Shown one piece after another: positions 1 to 9,811 of a stretch of DNA of 64,000 nt; position 1 is the first letter of the stretch, and every line of letters begins with the position of its first letter. This DNA is from a virus (lineage: Duplodnaviria; Caudoviricetes). The notes beneath the pieces were generated by a model. That model did not search any database and was not told where the DNA came from. It saw only the letters and a list, made by a program, of their open reading frames with translations. Both the position numbers and the translations under genes were made by a program. The stretch spans positions 120,916-184,915 of the IMG/VR virus record IMGVR_UViG_3300015607_004925; one strand, 5' to 3'.

Positions 1-924
1 GTCGACCGTGCCGCGGATGTTACTGGACACGGTTGGCTGGCGCAGCTTGTTGACGCCGAGCGTGACGAGCTGCTGCATCGGGTTGAAGTAGCTGTTCACG
101 ACGTCGGTCACAGGGTCCGCGCCGGCGGTAGACACGCTTGCAGGCACCGGTGGCGTGATCGCCGCGGTCCGTACGCGGGTGTCGGTCACCGTGCCGACAG
201 GTCCGAGCGCGGCGATCGCGGCGTCGGCGGCGATCTTCACGTAGTCCGCGGGCGACGTCTTGTTGAACTGCGGGTTGTTGAGGACGACGTACTCCTTCAC
301 CAGGAACGTGAAGGAGAACGGCACGGCCATCTCGTTGTCGGCGACGAGCTGCTGCTGCGATGCCAACATTACGCCCGACACCACCACCGAGTCGTAGCGG
401 AGGCGTGCGAGCGCGCCGCGCCGCGCGAGTTGCGTGCCGCGGAGCATGAGCTGGTACGCGCGCGCGAAGCCCGAACGCTGGTCGTCCTGCATCGAGTTGA
501 GCAGCATGCCGCTGTACTGGAACTGCGGCGGGTTCTGTCCGAAGAAGAAGGCGACGTAGTCGTCGGACATCACCTTGTCGATCTGGACGATCTCCTGGAA
601 CGGCTCGGAGGCCTGCGTCAGGAAGAAGTCGATGAAGCCCGAGCCGCCCTGCGAGTTGCCGCCGAGCAGCACCTTGGCGAGCGCCTGCGTCGATTGGTCG
701 CCAGGCAGGCTCGCGAGGTAGGCCGAGCGCACCGCGTCACTGGCGTCGGCGAGCGAGACGTAGATGCGCGCGAGCGAGTCACGAAACTCGGCGTCGCGCG
801 CGCCGCGGTTCTTGGCGTACTTCGGCGTCGCGAGCGGATTGAGCGCGAAGACGCCTTGCTGGCGCGGGTTGTACTGGCTCGCGCCGGCGTTGCGATCGAC
901 GAACTGCCCGTACGGTCCAGCCAT
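1..924 (-). CDS. Putative tail tube-like/baseplate structural protein (partial, runs off window)
   Basis: Not in the ORF track. Manual translation MAGPYGQFVDRNAG...FIDFFLTQASEPFQEIVQIDKVMSDDYVAFFFGQNPPQFQYSGMLLNS...VPFSFTFLVKEY is open to position 1. ATG overlaps the tape-measure stop (TGATG). Function inferred from position and beta-rich pattern. Confidence 0.55.
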   Translation of the reverse strand, partial: MAGPYGQFVDRNAGASQYNPRQQGVFALNPLATPKYAKNRGARDAEFRDSLARIYVSLADASDAVRSAYLASLPGDQSTQALAKVLLGGNSQGGSGFIDFFLTQASEPFQEIVQIDKVMSDDYVAFFFGQNPPQFQYSGMLLNSMQDDQRSGFARAYQLMLRGTQLARRGALARLRYDSVVVSGVMLASQQQLVADNEMAVPFSFTFLVKEYVVLNNPQFNKTSPADYVKIAADAAIAALGPVGTVTDTRVRTAAITPPVPASVSTAGADPVTDVVNSYFNPMQQLVTLGVNKLRQPTVSSNIRGTVD

Positions 925-3900
925 CACGAACCTCCAAGCAGGGATTGCAGGATGGGATGCGCGCGGTCAAGCATCGTACCCTCGCCCGCCCCCTTGAGGT
1001 CGGTGACCGCGCCGACGAACTGCTTGACGGCATCGGCGAACAGCGACGTGGCCGTGGCGTCGAGCTGTGACGTCGCCGCCTTGGTCGCGTCCGAGCTGGC
1101 ATCGCCCGTCGCGATCTGGTCGCGCAGCGCCTCGATGTCGGAGATCTGCTTGTCGATCGAGTCGATCGACCCGCCCTCGCCGCCGCCGGAGCGGACTTGC
1201 GTGGTCGACGGGCTGCCACGCTCGACGGCCTCCGAGATCGCCGCCGCGTCGCCCTTGTCGCGCCCGCGCCGAAGCAGCGCGGCCAGCTTCGGATCCTTCT
1301 TCTCGAGGCGGTCGAGGTCCTCGTCGGACAGCATGCCGACGGCTTCCTCGAGGGACCGTGCCGCGCCGGCACCCTTGTGGATGTCGTCGAGCTTCTCGAG
1401 GAACTGGTTCTGGGCGGCGAGCGCCATCTTCTCACCGAACGCCGCCTTGGCGACGTCGACGGTCTTGGCCATCCCCGCGGCGCCGCCGGTGCCTCGCAGC
1501 ATCAGCTCGAAGGCGTCCTTGGTCTTGGTGTCCATCGACTTCGCGAGCGTGATGGCCTCCTTGCGGGCCGCCGCGAACTTCTCGGGACCCATCGTCTTCT
1601 CGAGGTCGGCCAGCACGCGCGCGCCGCCCTGGCGCTCCTCCTCGTTGCCCGTCGACTGTGCCGCGATGGCCGTGGCGAGCGCGATGGTCGAGCTGTCGTG
1701 GTGCGCGACGACCGACTTCATCTTGCTGAGCGTCTCGTCGGAGACGTCATCGATGCCCGCCATCTTGAGCTTGTCCTCGATGTCCTTCTCGGCGGCTTCG
1801 CGCGACCGCGTGAGACTGACGCCGCCGGCCTCGGTCATCGTGTCCTTGGCCTTCTCCCAAGGCTCGATCAGCGACTTGTCGCCGCTGGCGTACACGTCCT
1901 GCGAGACATGCTCCATGATCCGCGCCTTGTTCTGGTTCCACGACTTGTCCGCCTCGGCCTGAGACATGCCCTTGGCCGTCGCCGCCGAGATGTACGCGGC
2001 CTTCAGGTCCTCGCCTGAGATCGCGGTCGCCGACGTGATGTAGCCTGCCTTGAGGTCCTTGAGCCGCGAGACCACGTTGCGGGTGGTCTCGTTGAGCACG
2101 GCGATGCCGTTGACGTTCTTGCCGCGCCCTGCCGCCGTGCCGATGTTCCGCATCAGCGCGGCGCTCTTGTCGACGTCGATGGCCTGGACGTCCGCCGCGC
2201 GCGCCGCGTCGGTCACGCTCTGCACGCGCTGGAGCGCGTCGCCCGCGTCACCGAACGAGGCGAATGGGTGCCAGCCGAACGCCGAGCCGCGGGAACGACT
2301 CGCGATCGCCACGAGCCGATTCTCGTCACTCTCGGACGACAGCCCCAAGAAGCTGCCCAGGCGGTTGACCTGACGCCCCGCCGAGTGCATGAGCGAACTC
2401 CCAAGATCGCCGGAGGTGCCATCCAGGAAGCTGCGACCGGCGCGGCGGTACGCCCGCTGGAAGTCGCGGCTACGCAGCGCCGCCCGCATCATCTTGCGTT
2501 CGTCGTCGTCGTGGGCGATGTCCATGTCGTCGTAGCGGTTGATGCGCTCGCCCCGCGACGCGGCCTCGTCATCTTCGCGCGTGCGCTCGAAGTGCTCCGA
2601 GATGCGTCGGAACGGCGAAGCCACCGCGTCACCAACGTCACCGAGGAAGCCACTGACCCCGCGGCGCATGCGCGTCGTGATGCCGGGCGTGTAGTATTCG
2701 GCGCGGCGGGCCTTCTCCTGATCGGCGGCGTCGCGCCGCTGCACGCGGAGTTGCTGCACCTGCGCGTCCCAGAACGCACGGCTCTGGCCTTGCAGCTCGA
2801 GGGCCCGCGCCTGCTCGGCGCTCATCCCGGTGATCGACTGGATCGCCGTGCCCATCGACATGCCCGGCACCTGCTTCATGAAGGCCTGTGCCTGCCGGAA
2901 CATGTTCATGTTCATCTCGAGCGGCGTCAGCTTCTGGGCGATCTGGTCCTTGAACTCCTGCTTGCGGGTGTTCCACTCGAAGATGCCCTGCGAGCCCATC
3001 GCACGAAGGGCCTCCGCCGAGCGCTTGGTGACTTCGTCGAACGACATCGTCTGGGCTCGGCGGTACGCGTCCATGTCGACGGTCATCCGGCCCTTCGCAT
3101 CGCGGCCCATCGACGCGAGCAGGTAGCGCTCGTCCTGCATCGCCGCGAGCTGACCCATCGCGCTGATCTGTCCAAGGCCCTGGCGACCGCCGGCGCGCGC
3201 GAGCTGCAGATCGTTGAGCGCGCCGGACGACGCCGCGAGGTTCGCGAGTCCCGCGCCCGCCATGCCCGCGTTGAAGCCCGTCGAACCGCCGAGCCCGAAC
3301 TGCCCTGCCATGTCGACGCCGGCCATGCCCATCGCAGTCATCGCCGCCTGCGACGTGCCGGCCATGCGCGCGAACGTCACGCGGTTTGCGACCGCGCCCG
3401 CCTGTGCGGCCAGCCCCTGGAAGCCGAGGTTGCGCATCTGGCCGAGGGACGCGATCGCATCACGTACGTCAGGGTCGCCGGTGATGCGCATCAACGTCTT
3501 CACCGTCTTCGAGATCTCCTTGACCTTCTGGACAACAAGGTCCGGCGAATTCGCGCCCGTCAGCAAACCCTGGCTCGCCGACATCTGCATGATGCGCATC
3601 GTGTCCTGGGTGTTGAACCCCGTGCGCTCGAAGTCATGATCGCGCTGCAGGTGGCGGATGCCTGTGGCGATGTCGCGTCCCGCCTGTGGCGAGAAGCCTT
3701 GGCCCGTCGCCATGTTGAGGTTCGCGCCGCTCATCATGAACGGCGCGCTCATCGCTTGGATCTGACGACCGCGTGAGAAGTCCTGCACGGTCGGATTGAA
3801 GATCATGTTCGAGATGCCGTGGCCGATCTTGCTGCCGAGCCACGAGCCACCCAACGTGCCGAGCGGACCGAGCAACGAACCGAGCGCGCCGCCCAACATG

Positions 3901-4424
3901 CTGCCGCCGACGCCCATCACGCCTTCGCCGATGCCCGCCACGGCTCCCATCATCTGGGAATTGGCGGCATGCATGATCTGCTGGCTGCGCATCGCCGGCA
4001 TGGTGAAGTGCGACGCGGGAAGCTGCGGTGCGAACGGGTTGAAGATCGACGGCAGGCGCGGCGTGGCCGAAGGCATCGCGCCGCCGAAACCTGGCCCACC
4101 GCCACCGAAGCCGCCCATCGCACCCGCGAAGGGGCTCATGCCGCCCATCACGCTGATCGCGGGCATTGGCGCGCTCGGCGGAGGCTGGTAGCGCGTCATC
4201 TGTGCAGCCTGCAACGTCTGCTGCACCATGTTCGTGTGGGCTGCCATCGCCGCCATCGCCGCCTGTGACGGGTGTGGAACCGGCGGCGGTGGCGGTGGCG
4301 CCTGGAACTGCGCGCCGGCCATCTGCTGGCTGGTTTGCATCGGCAGCAACCCAAGGTTGAACTGCATGGCCGAGAACCCGGCCATCATCTGGCGGATCGT
4401 CTCGTTGGATTGCTGATCAGCCAT
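924..4424 (-). CDS. Tape measure-like protein (1166 aa)
   Basis: Long Ala/Gly/Met-rich helical protein with glycine-zipper segment (GGSMLGGALGSLLGPLGTLGGSWLG); lies directly downstream of a frameshifting chaperone pair. Confidence 0.75.
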   Translation of the reverse strand: MADQQSNETIRQMMAGFSAMQFNLGLLPMQTSQQMAGAQFQAPPPPPPVPHPSQAAMAAMAAHTNMVQQTLQAAQMTRYQPPPSAPMPAISVMGGMSPFAGAMGGFGGGGPGFGGAMPSATPRLPSIFNPFAPQLPASHFTMPAMRSQQIMHAANSQMMGAVAGIGEGVMGVGGSMLGGALGSLLGPLGTLGGSWLGSKIGHGISNMIFNPTVQDFSRGRQIQAMSAPFMMSGANLNMATGQGFSPQAGRDIATGIRHLQRDHDFERTGFNTQDTMRIMQMSASQGLLTGANSPDLVVQKVKEISKTVKTLMRITGDPDVRDAIASLGQMRNLGFQGLAAQAGAVANRVTFARMAGTSQAAMTAMGMAGVDMAGQFGLGGSTGFNAGMAGAGLANLAASSGALNDLQLARAGGRQGLGQISAMGQLAAMQDERYLLASMGRDAKGRMTVDMDAYRRAQTMSFDEVTKRSAEALRAMGSQGIFEWNTRKQEFKDQIAQKLTPLEMNMNMFRQAQAFMKQVPGMSMGTAIQSITGMSAEQARALELQGQSRAFWDAQVQQLRVQRRDAADQEKARRAEYYTPGITTRMRRGVSGFLGDVGDAVASPFRRISEHFERTREDDEAASRGERINRYDDMDIAHDDDERKMMRAALRSRDFQRAYRRAGRSFLDGTSGDLGSSLMHSAGRQVNRLGSFLGLSSESDENRLVAIASRSRGSAFGWHPFASFGDAGDALQRVQSVTDAARAADVQAIDVDKSAALMRNIGTAAGRGKNVNGIAVLNETTRNVVSRLKDLKAGYITSATAISGEDLKAAYISAATAKGMSQAEADKSWNQNKARIMEHVSQDVYASGDKSLIEPWEKAKDTMTEAGGVSLTRSREAAEKDIEDKLKMAGIDDVSDETLSKMKSVVAHHDSSTIALATAIAAQSTGNEEERQGGARVLADLEKTMGPEKFAAARKEAITLAKSMDTKTKDAFELMLRGTGGAAGMAKTVDVAKAAFGEKMALAAQNQFLEKLDDIHKGAGAARSLEEAVGMLSDEDLDRLEKKDPKLAALLRRGRDKGDAAAISEAVERGSPSTTQVRSGGGEGGSIDSIDKQISDIEALRDQIATGDASSDATKAATSQLDATATSLFADAVKQFVGAVTDLKGAGEGTMLDRAHPILQSLLGGS

Positions 4425-4454
4425 ACCGGGGGTTATTGTAGTGGATTCCGCGAG

Positions 4455-4880
4455 TTACTTGTTCTGCTTGGGCTTTTGGCCCGTCTGCGCCGCGGCGCGC
4501 GCGGCAGCCTCCTGCCGGTCGTAGTATTCCCCCATTTTATCGAGGCGTTGGATCAGTTCCTCGTCACGTCGTCGCGCGGCAACGATGCGTGCTTGTGCGG
4601 CGCGCCGGGCGGCGATCTTACGGCGCAACAGGTCGGCGTCGTAACTCTCCTGGTAGACCTCAGACGCGTACTCGGCGACGATCGACCCAAAGGTCCGATC
4701 AGCGTCGACGTTGAAGATCCGGGCGATCATCTTCGCGATGGCGTCCATGTGCGCGACCTTCTCGGCGCGCTCACGTCCGACCATCTCGCGCATGACGCGG
4801 TCCTGCACCGACCCATACGGGGCCAGCGCCATCCCGCGCGAGTACATGACGGCCCGAGCGTTCGCGCCCGGGCGGCCTAG
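4455..4880 (-). CDS. Tail assembly chaperone, -1 frame extension (gpT-like part of G-T fusion)
   Basis: Frame is open from CTA at 4880 (LGRPGANARAV-MYSRGMAL...) and is the -1 frame of the upstream ORF at slippery site A_AAT_TTC. Confidence 0.75.
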   Translation of the reverse strand, partial: LGRPGANARAVMYSRGMALAPYGSVQDRVMREMVGRERAEKVAHMDAIAKMIARIFNVDADRTFGSIVAEYASEVYQESYDADLLRRKIAARRAAQARIVAARRRDEELIQRLDKMGEYYDRQEAAARAAAQTGQKPKQNK

Positions 4881-4886
4881 AAATTT
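4852..4886 (-). promoter_or_regulatory. Programmed -1 ribosomal frameshift signal
   Basis: A AAT TTC (4886-4880, X XXY YYZ), spacer TAGGCC, hairpin GCCCGGGCG-CGAA-CGCTCGGGC. Confidence 0.8.
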
Positions 4887-5494
4887 TCGATCGCGCCCTC
4901 CTCGAGCGCGACCGTCACCATCTGGTCGAACTTGAACAACTTCGAGAACATGATGCGGAGCGCAGGGTCTGACACCTGGTTGTCCAGGTACGCGATGCGC
5001 TCCTGGAACTTGCGCTCGATCTCCTCGCTCTTGTCGTTCTTCTCGGGGTGCGGCAGCGTCTGATCGCCGAACCGCTCGAGCGACGCGGCGAGGAGCAACC
5101 GTGTCAGCGTCTCGCGGTAGTGGTGGTCGAACTTCGGCGCCTCGGCCTCGAGGATGTCCTGGATGCGGCGGGTGTCGCGCGCGCTGCGCGTCCGCAGCCG
5201 CATCTTGATCGACTTGGTGATCTTGATGTCCTCGGCGTAGTAGCCCTTGAGCAAGATCTCGTCGACGATCTTGGCCGCCTTCACGAGGTCGATGCCCGCC
5301 TCCTTGAGGCGGTCGGCGTAGGTCTGCAACGGCTGGAGCTGCTCTTCATCCTTGCGCGCGTCGGAGTCGAGACGGGCTTCGGCACCCTTCAACGCGGCCT
5401 CGGTCGGAGAGGTGGTCGACGTCGTGGCAGCGGGACGCTCCACGTAGGGCTTGTCGAAATTCCCAATAGCGATCGGATCGTCCTTACCTGGCAT
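4877..5494 (-). CDS. Tail assembly chaperone (gpG-like)
   Basis: MPGKDDPIAIG...EEGAIENF*; ends on slippery heptamer, upstream of tape measure. Start 5494 chosen; ORF track extends to 5560. Confidence 0.7.
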   Translation of the reverse strand: MPGKDDPIAIGNFDKPYVERPAATTSTTSPTEAALKGAEARLDSDARKDEEQLQPLQTYADRLKEAGIDLVKAAKIVDEILLKGYYAEDIKITKSIKMRLRTRSARDTRRIQDILEAEAPKFDHHYRETLTRLLLAASLERFGDQTLPHPEKNDKSEEIERKFQERIAYLDNQVSDPALRIMFSKLFKFDQMVTVALEEGAIENF

Positions 5495-5530
5495 CGTTCT
5501 TTGGTACAAGGAACGAACGCCAGGATCAAG

Positions 5531-5545
5531 GTTTATGGTATCAAC
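5531..5545. promoter_or_regulatory. Palindromic operator/promoter element GTTTAT-N3-ATAAAC
   Basis: GTTTAT GGT ATCAAC in the divergent gap between chaperone and DinG. Confidence 0.6.
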
Positions 5546-5552
5546 ATCTCCC

Positions 5553-7673
5553 ATGCGCACGAGTCACGAGCTGTTGTCAAACCCCACGCACGGCCTGGTC
5601 CGCGAGGCGCGCGGCCCGCAGCTGCAGATGGCGGCATCGATCGAGAAGGTGCTCGCGGACGGCGGAGCATACTTCTGCGAGGCCCCGGTCGCCACGGGCA
5701 AAACGTACGCATACCTCCTGCCCGTGCTGCTGGCGGAGGGGCGTCGCGTCGTCGTGGCCACGGCGAAGAAGCAGCTGCAGGATCAGATCGTCATCAAGGA
5801 CCTGCCTGCACTCAAGCGCGTGCTCGGAAGCGACCTGACGCGCGCGCTGGGTACGCAGATGTTGGGCACCCAGCTCAAGGGCAAGGGCAACTACGCCTGC
5901 CGTCTCGCCGCCATGAAGATCATCGAGAAGACCGGCGGCGCCGACGGCGGCGAGTACGCCGGCTTCCTCCGCTACAGCCGCTACGGCGATCGCGCCGAGT
6001 TCAACGGCATGCCGCCGCGCTGGTGGGGGGCGGCGTCGGCCGAAGACTGCGTCGGCAAGAAGTGCGACTTCTTCGACGACTGCGGCTACATCCGCCTCAA
6101 GCGCGACGTCACGCAGTCGAAGATCGTCGTCGTGAACCACCACGTCCTCGGCGCCGAGATGTTCTATGGCCACGGCAAGATGGTCGGCGGCCCGTATGAC
6201 GTGCTCATCGTCGACGAGGCACATGCGCTCGCGGCGGGCATCCGGTCGGCGTTCACGTGGCGTGTCGCCGAAGATTCGATCGCGTCGTTGCAGGACGTCC
6301 TGCGGCGTGCGCCGGCGACGTTCCCGGCGGTACGTCGGCTCGCCGCGCTGTGGGACGAGATGTTCCACGCGGTCAACAACCGGAACTGGGCCGAGGCCTC
6401 GCAGCGCGAGGTGCCCGTATTCGACGAGCAACTCGCCTCCCTCGCACGCGACGGCCTCAACGCCGTCGCCCTCGAGCTGGACAAGGCCGAGAAGCAGTTC
6501 GGTGGCGGCGAGCCTGACGAGCCCGAGCAGCTGGACGAGGACGATTTCCCCGATGGCCAGCGCTTCGACGACGCGATCGAGATCGAAGAGAGGGCCCAGG
6601 AGGCGATCGTCGAGGAGGGCAAGGCGTTCGCGCTCGCCGTCATCGGCCAGGCCAAGCGGCGGGTCGAGGGCTTGCGGCGCGGGTTGCTTGCCGCACAGGG
6701 CGAGGTCGAGACGTTGCTCGACCCTGAGGACCCTGAGGGTCACAAAGCCCGCATCCTTGCCAACACCGCGATCTACTCGACCCAGGACGAACGCGGCCGC
6801 TTCGGCATCAACTGCGCGCCGGTCAACGTCGGCGGCATCGTCGGTAAGTACTTCTCGAACATCAAGACCATCGTGCTGTGTAGCGCGACGCTCGCGATCG
6901 ACGGCAAGTTCGACCACATCACGACGATGACCGGCGTCCAGCCGGCGATCGCCGAGGTCCTGCCGACCTCGTTCGACTACGCCAAGCAGGGCTTCGCGTT
7001 CATCCCGCGCAACCTGCCGGTCATCAGCCGCAACCACCCCGACTACGCGAAGGTCATGCAGGCACGGGTCGACATGGCGGTGCAGCTGGTGCGTTGGTCG
7101 AACGGCGGCGCGTTCGTGTTGACCACGGCCAACGACGAACTGGACGCGTTCGCGGGCGCGCTCAAGCAGGCGTTCCCGGGCCGGGTGTTCGCCCAAGGTC
7201 ACCGCAAGAACCCCTGGGACGGGGACCCGGCGTCGGCGCTCGCGAAGTTCCGCGACACGCCCGACTCAGTCCTCGTCGGGTCGAAGTCATTCTGGGAGGG
7301 CGTCGACGTGCCTGGGGGCGCGCTTCGCCTGGTCATCGTGGCGAAGTTGCCGTTTCCTCAGTACAACGACCCGATCGTCAAGGCGCGCGAGCGCTTGGCG
7401 GGCCAGGACGCGTTCCGGGACGTGCAGATGGTCGACATGCTGGTCGACCTGCGCCAGGGTGTCGGACGCCTGATCCGGACGCGCACGGACCGAGGCTGTG
7501 TGGCGATCCTCGACAGCCGAATCTGGGACAAGAGCTACGGCGGGATGGTGCGCCGCGCGTTGCCGTGGGCGAACAACCAAGTCACCTCAGACATCGCGCC
7601 GTGTGAGCGGTATCTACCCGCCTTCGCGCGCTACTTCGCGCAGCTAGAGGCCCGGTCCGCCGCAAGTATGTGA
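5553..7673 (+). CDS. dinG: DinG/YoaA-family Fe-S ATP-dependent DNA helicase
   Basis: Walker A EAPVATGKT; KGKGNYAC...C-x4-C-x5-C Fe-S cysteines; VVVNH; DEAH; SATL; FWEGVDVPG; QGVGRLIR. Confidence 0.92.
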   Translation: MRTSHELLSNPTHGLVREARGPQLQMAASIEKVLADGGAYFCEAPVATGKTYAYLLPVLLAEGRRVVVATAKKQLQDQIVIKDLPALKRVLGSDLTRALGTQMLGTQLKGKGNYACRLAAMKIIEKTGGADGGEYAGFLRYSRYGDRAEFNGMPPRWWGAASAEDCVGKKCDFFDDCGYIRLKRDVTQSKIVVVNHHVLGAEMFYGHGKMVGGPYDVLIVDEAHALAAGIRSAFTWRVAEDSIASLQDVLRRAPATFPAVRRLAALWDEMFHAVNNRNWAEASQREVPVFDEQLASLARDGLNAVALELDKAEKQFGGGEPDEPEQLDEDDFPDGQRFDDAIEIEERAQEAIVEEGKAFALAVIGQAKRRVEGLRRGLLAAQGEVETLLDPEDPEGHKARILANTAIYSTQDERGRFGINCAPVNVGGIVGKYFSNIKTIVLCSATLAIDGKFDHITTMTGVQPAIAEVLPTSFDYAKQGFAFIPRNLPVISRNHPDYAKVMQARVDMAVQLVRWSNGGAFVLTTANDELDAFAGALKQAFPGRVFAQGHRKNPWDGDPASALAKFRDTPDSVLVGSKSFWEGVDVPGGALRLVIVAKLPFPQYNDPIVKARERLAGQDAFRDVQMVDMLVDLRQGVGRLIRTRTDRGCVAILDSRIWDKSYGGMVRRALPWANNQVTSDIAPCERYLPAFARYFAQLEARSAASM

Positions 7674-7689
7674 CATCTGGTCCAAGCTG

Positions 7690-7704
7690 GTTTATGGTTT
7701 CGAC
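7690..7704. promoter_or_regulatory. Palindromic operator/promoter element abutting HTH gene ATG
   Basis: GTTTAT GGT TTCGAC followed immediately by ATG at 7705. Confidence 0.55.
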
Positions 7705-7914
7705 ATGAGTCGTGTTGACCCCTACGCCGAGTTCCTCAAGGACCTCAAGCGCAAGCGCCTGGCAAAGAAGTACACCCAGGCGCAGGTCGCCGCAGGCATC
7801 AAGCTGTCGCGGGCGCAGTACACCGCCATCGAGCAGGGCAGGAGCCTCCTGAACTGGAACCACCTGCACCGCCTGTCGGCGTTCATGAAGACGACCTTCG
7901 TCATCCGCGCATGA
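7705..7914 (+). CDS. XRE/Cro-family HTH transcriptional regulator
   Basis: LKRKRLAKKYTQAQVAAGIKLSRAQYTAIEQG. Confidence 0.85.
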   Translation: MSRVDPYAEFLKDLKRKRLAKKYTQAQVAAGIKLSRAQYTAIEQGRSLLNWNHLHRLSAFMKTTFVIRA

Positions 7915-8060
7915 AGTCCGGTCGACCAAAGGGCCTGAAGGTCGTCGTCTGCCAGTGCGGCTGGCGCGTCACGAGCAAGGGCAAGGCGAAGTCGAAGACG
8001 TGCGGGGTGTGCAAGCGGCGCGTGACGTTCACGCGCCCGCGCGCCAAGAAGGAGGCCTGA
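7911..8060 (+). CDS. Small basic zinc-ribbon protein
   Basis: MKSGRPKGLKVVVCQCGW...TCGVCKRRV; ATGA overlap; carries RBS for next gene. Confidence 0.6.
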   Translation: MKSGRPKGLKVVVCQCGWRVTSKGKAKSKTCGVCKRRVTFTRPRAKKEA

Positions 8061-8061
8061 G

Positions 8062-8730
8062 ATGTCGACGAAGTACGTAGTGGGCATCGACGAATCCGGC
8101 TGCGGTGCGCTGGCCGGGCCGTTGATCGTCTGCGCGGTCGCCTTCCCTGCGGAGATGGACCGTGTCACGACGATGTGGAAGGGCGTGCACGCCGACAAGC
8201 TCCTCACGGCGGGTGATTCGAAGGGCATCAAGCACCCCGAACACCGCGCGGCGCTGGCGATCGCGATCAAGGCGACGTGCACGTCGATCTCGGTCATCGA
8301 GCGCAGCGCCGCCGAGATCGACAAGCGCCTGTTCAATACCGTGTTTCCTGAGGCGATCGCGCTCGCGGCCGCGCGGTGCATCGAGAAGCTCAGAGCGATC
8401 GAGCCGGGGCTCCTACCGGGCGACATCCAGGTGCTGATCGACGGCGAGTTGCAGCGCCCCGACCTGCCGTGCCCGGTGCGGTGCATCGCGGACGGCGACA
8501 AGCTCGACTGGCGCATCGGCGCGGCGTCGGTGGTCGCGAAGGCGACCCACGACGAGCGCATCAACCAGATCCACGCGGACAACCCGCGATGGGAGTTCGA
8601 CCAGCACCGCGGCTACCCGACCAAGAAGCACAAGGAGCTGCTCGCCAAGCGCGGGCCGCTCGAGGTGCATCGGAAGTCCTTCCGTCCCGTGCAGGCGGTG
8701 ATGCCGCGCGCGATGGGCATCGAAGAGTGA
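8062..8730 (+). CDS. rnhB: Ribonuclease HII
   Basis: GIDESGCGALAGPL, DSK, IDG, IGAASVVAK, HRGYPTKKH, GPLEVHRKSF. Confidence 0.92.
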   Translation: MSTKYVVGIDESGCGALAGPLIVCAVAFPAEMDRVTTMWKGVHADKLLTAGDSKGIKHPEHRAALAIAIKATCTSISVIERSAAEIDKRLFNTVFPEAIALAAARCIEKLRAIEPGLLPGDIQVLIDGELQRPDLPCPVRCIADGDKLDWRIGAASVVAKATHDERINQIHADNPRWEFDQHRGYPTKKHKELLAKRGPLEVHRKSFRPVQAVMPRAMGIEE

Positions 8731-9083
8731 TGGCCTGTGTACGGTGTGTCGTCTTGGGCGTCGAAACCGAGGTCGAAGACTACTACACACGGCTCGGGCT
8801 TGTTCCATGGGACGTGTTCGTGCTCACGCAGTTGCAGCGGTACCAAGGACATCCAGAGCCCTATCGTCAGATAGGGTTGTCGACCCACGAAATACTCGAG
8901 CACGTCGCGTACGCCGAGAAGCAAGAAATCCGCATCATCTCGACCCACAAGATGTGCGTAGCGCGTATCGAAAAAATGTGCGCAGACCTCGGAATAGCGC
9001 ACATCATCACATGCGAGCACCGAAGCGTCATCGCACGCACGTCCGCTCGTGTGTTGGTGCACCACGATCATTTCCTTGGGTGA
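8730..9083 (+). CDS. Hypothetical protein (N-terminal CVRC)
   Basis: TGATG-coupled to rnhB. Confidence 0.55.
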   Translation: MACVRCVVLGVETEVEDYYTRLGLVPWDVFVLTQLQRYQGHPEPYRQIGLSTHEILEHVAYAEKQEIRIISTHKMCVARIEKMCADLGIAHIITCEHRSVIARTSARVLVHHDHFLG

Positions 9084-9090
9084 TGTGACC

Positions 9091-9321
9091 ATGCCGACGC
9101 TCGACATTCTCCACCAGCGGGTCGATCACACGACCTGCGCGCGCTGCCGGAAGAAGTTCAAGGCCGGCGACCGCGCAATCATGGCGATGATCATCAAGAA
9201 CCCTGACGGTCGCGACCCCGTGACGAAGATGCGCGGGGCCGAGATGGCGGACGAATTCGAGCTGGTCCATGCGTCGTGCAGCGACACCGCGCTCGACGGG
9301 AAGCTGATCATCGGCACATGA
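9091..9321 (+). CDS. Small CxxC...HxxC zinc-finger protein
   Basis: TCARCRKKF...VHASC. Confidence 0.65.
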   Translation: MPTLDILHQRVDHTTCARCRKKFKAGDRAIMAMIIKNPDGRDPVTKMRGAEMADEFELVHASCSDTALDGKLIIGT

Positions 9322-9803
9322 CGGAGCGACGCAAGGGCATCGTCGACCCGTGGCGCCAGGTCGAACCGCTGCGGCCCGCGCTGCGAGAGCGACCGGCAGG
9401 CAAGAAGGACCTCGAAGACATCGACCTCGACGGCGATCTGGCCATCCCAGGCAAGTACGTCGTCCGGGTGAAGGGCGCGGCGATCGACGTCGTGTCGACA
9501 CGCGTCAACACGCCCAAGGACGCCCTCGACGTCATCGCCGACTGTCTCGTCGCGTTGTGGCAGGTCAAGACGTTCGAAAAAAGGCTGACGGCGCTCGGCA
9601 TCGGCGTTCGCACACGGCGCGCGACATACAACGCGCCGAACGCGGCGGCCGCGACGTCAGCGCTCGCGAGCAACGACTCGACGATCTGGTTCCTCGAGGT
9701 AGCGCTCGAGGACGGCATGGCGGCGCTCGTGCGCTTCATGCGAAGCTCGGACGCACAACCAACCGTGAGGAAGTTCGGCATCACGCCGATGCTCACGGCT
9801 TGA
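9318..9803 (+). CDS. Hypothetical protein
   Basis: ATGA overlap, GC3-biased frame. Confidence 0.6.
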   Translation: MTERRKGIVDPWRQVEPLRPALRERPAGKKDLEDIDLDGDLAIPGKYVVRVKGAAIDVVSTRVNTPKDALDVIADCLVALWQVKTFEKRLTALGIGVRTRRATYNAPNAAAATSALASNDSTIWFLEVALEDGMAALVRFMRSSDAQPTVRKFGITPMLTA

Positions 9804-9811
9804 GGAGCCTC

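Noticed and set aside
430-4268. Long plus-strand ORFs (430-1962, 1197-2018, 2268-3776 etc.) and similar shadow ORFs elsewhere (5577-7202, 13633-14979, 57480-58907, 61319-63400)
   Set aside because: Antisense or alternative-frame shadows of GC3-biased real genes; Arg- or Ser-rich with no motifs.
5553-7673. DinG as type IV CRISPR-associated CasDinG
   Set aside because: No cas genes or array; neighbours are phage DNA metabolism genes.
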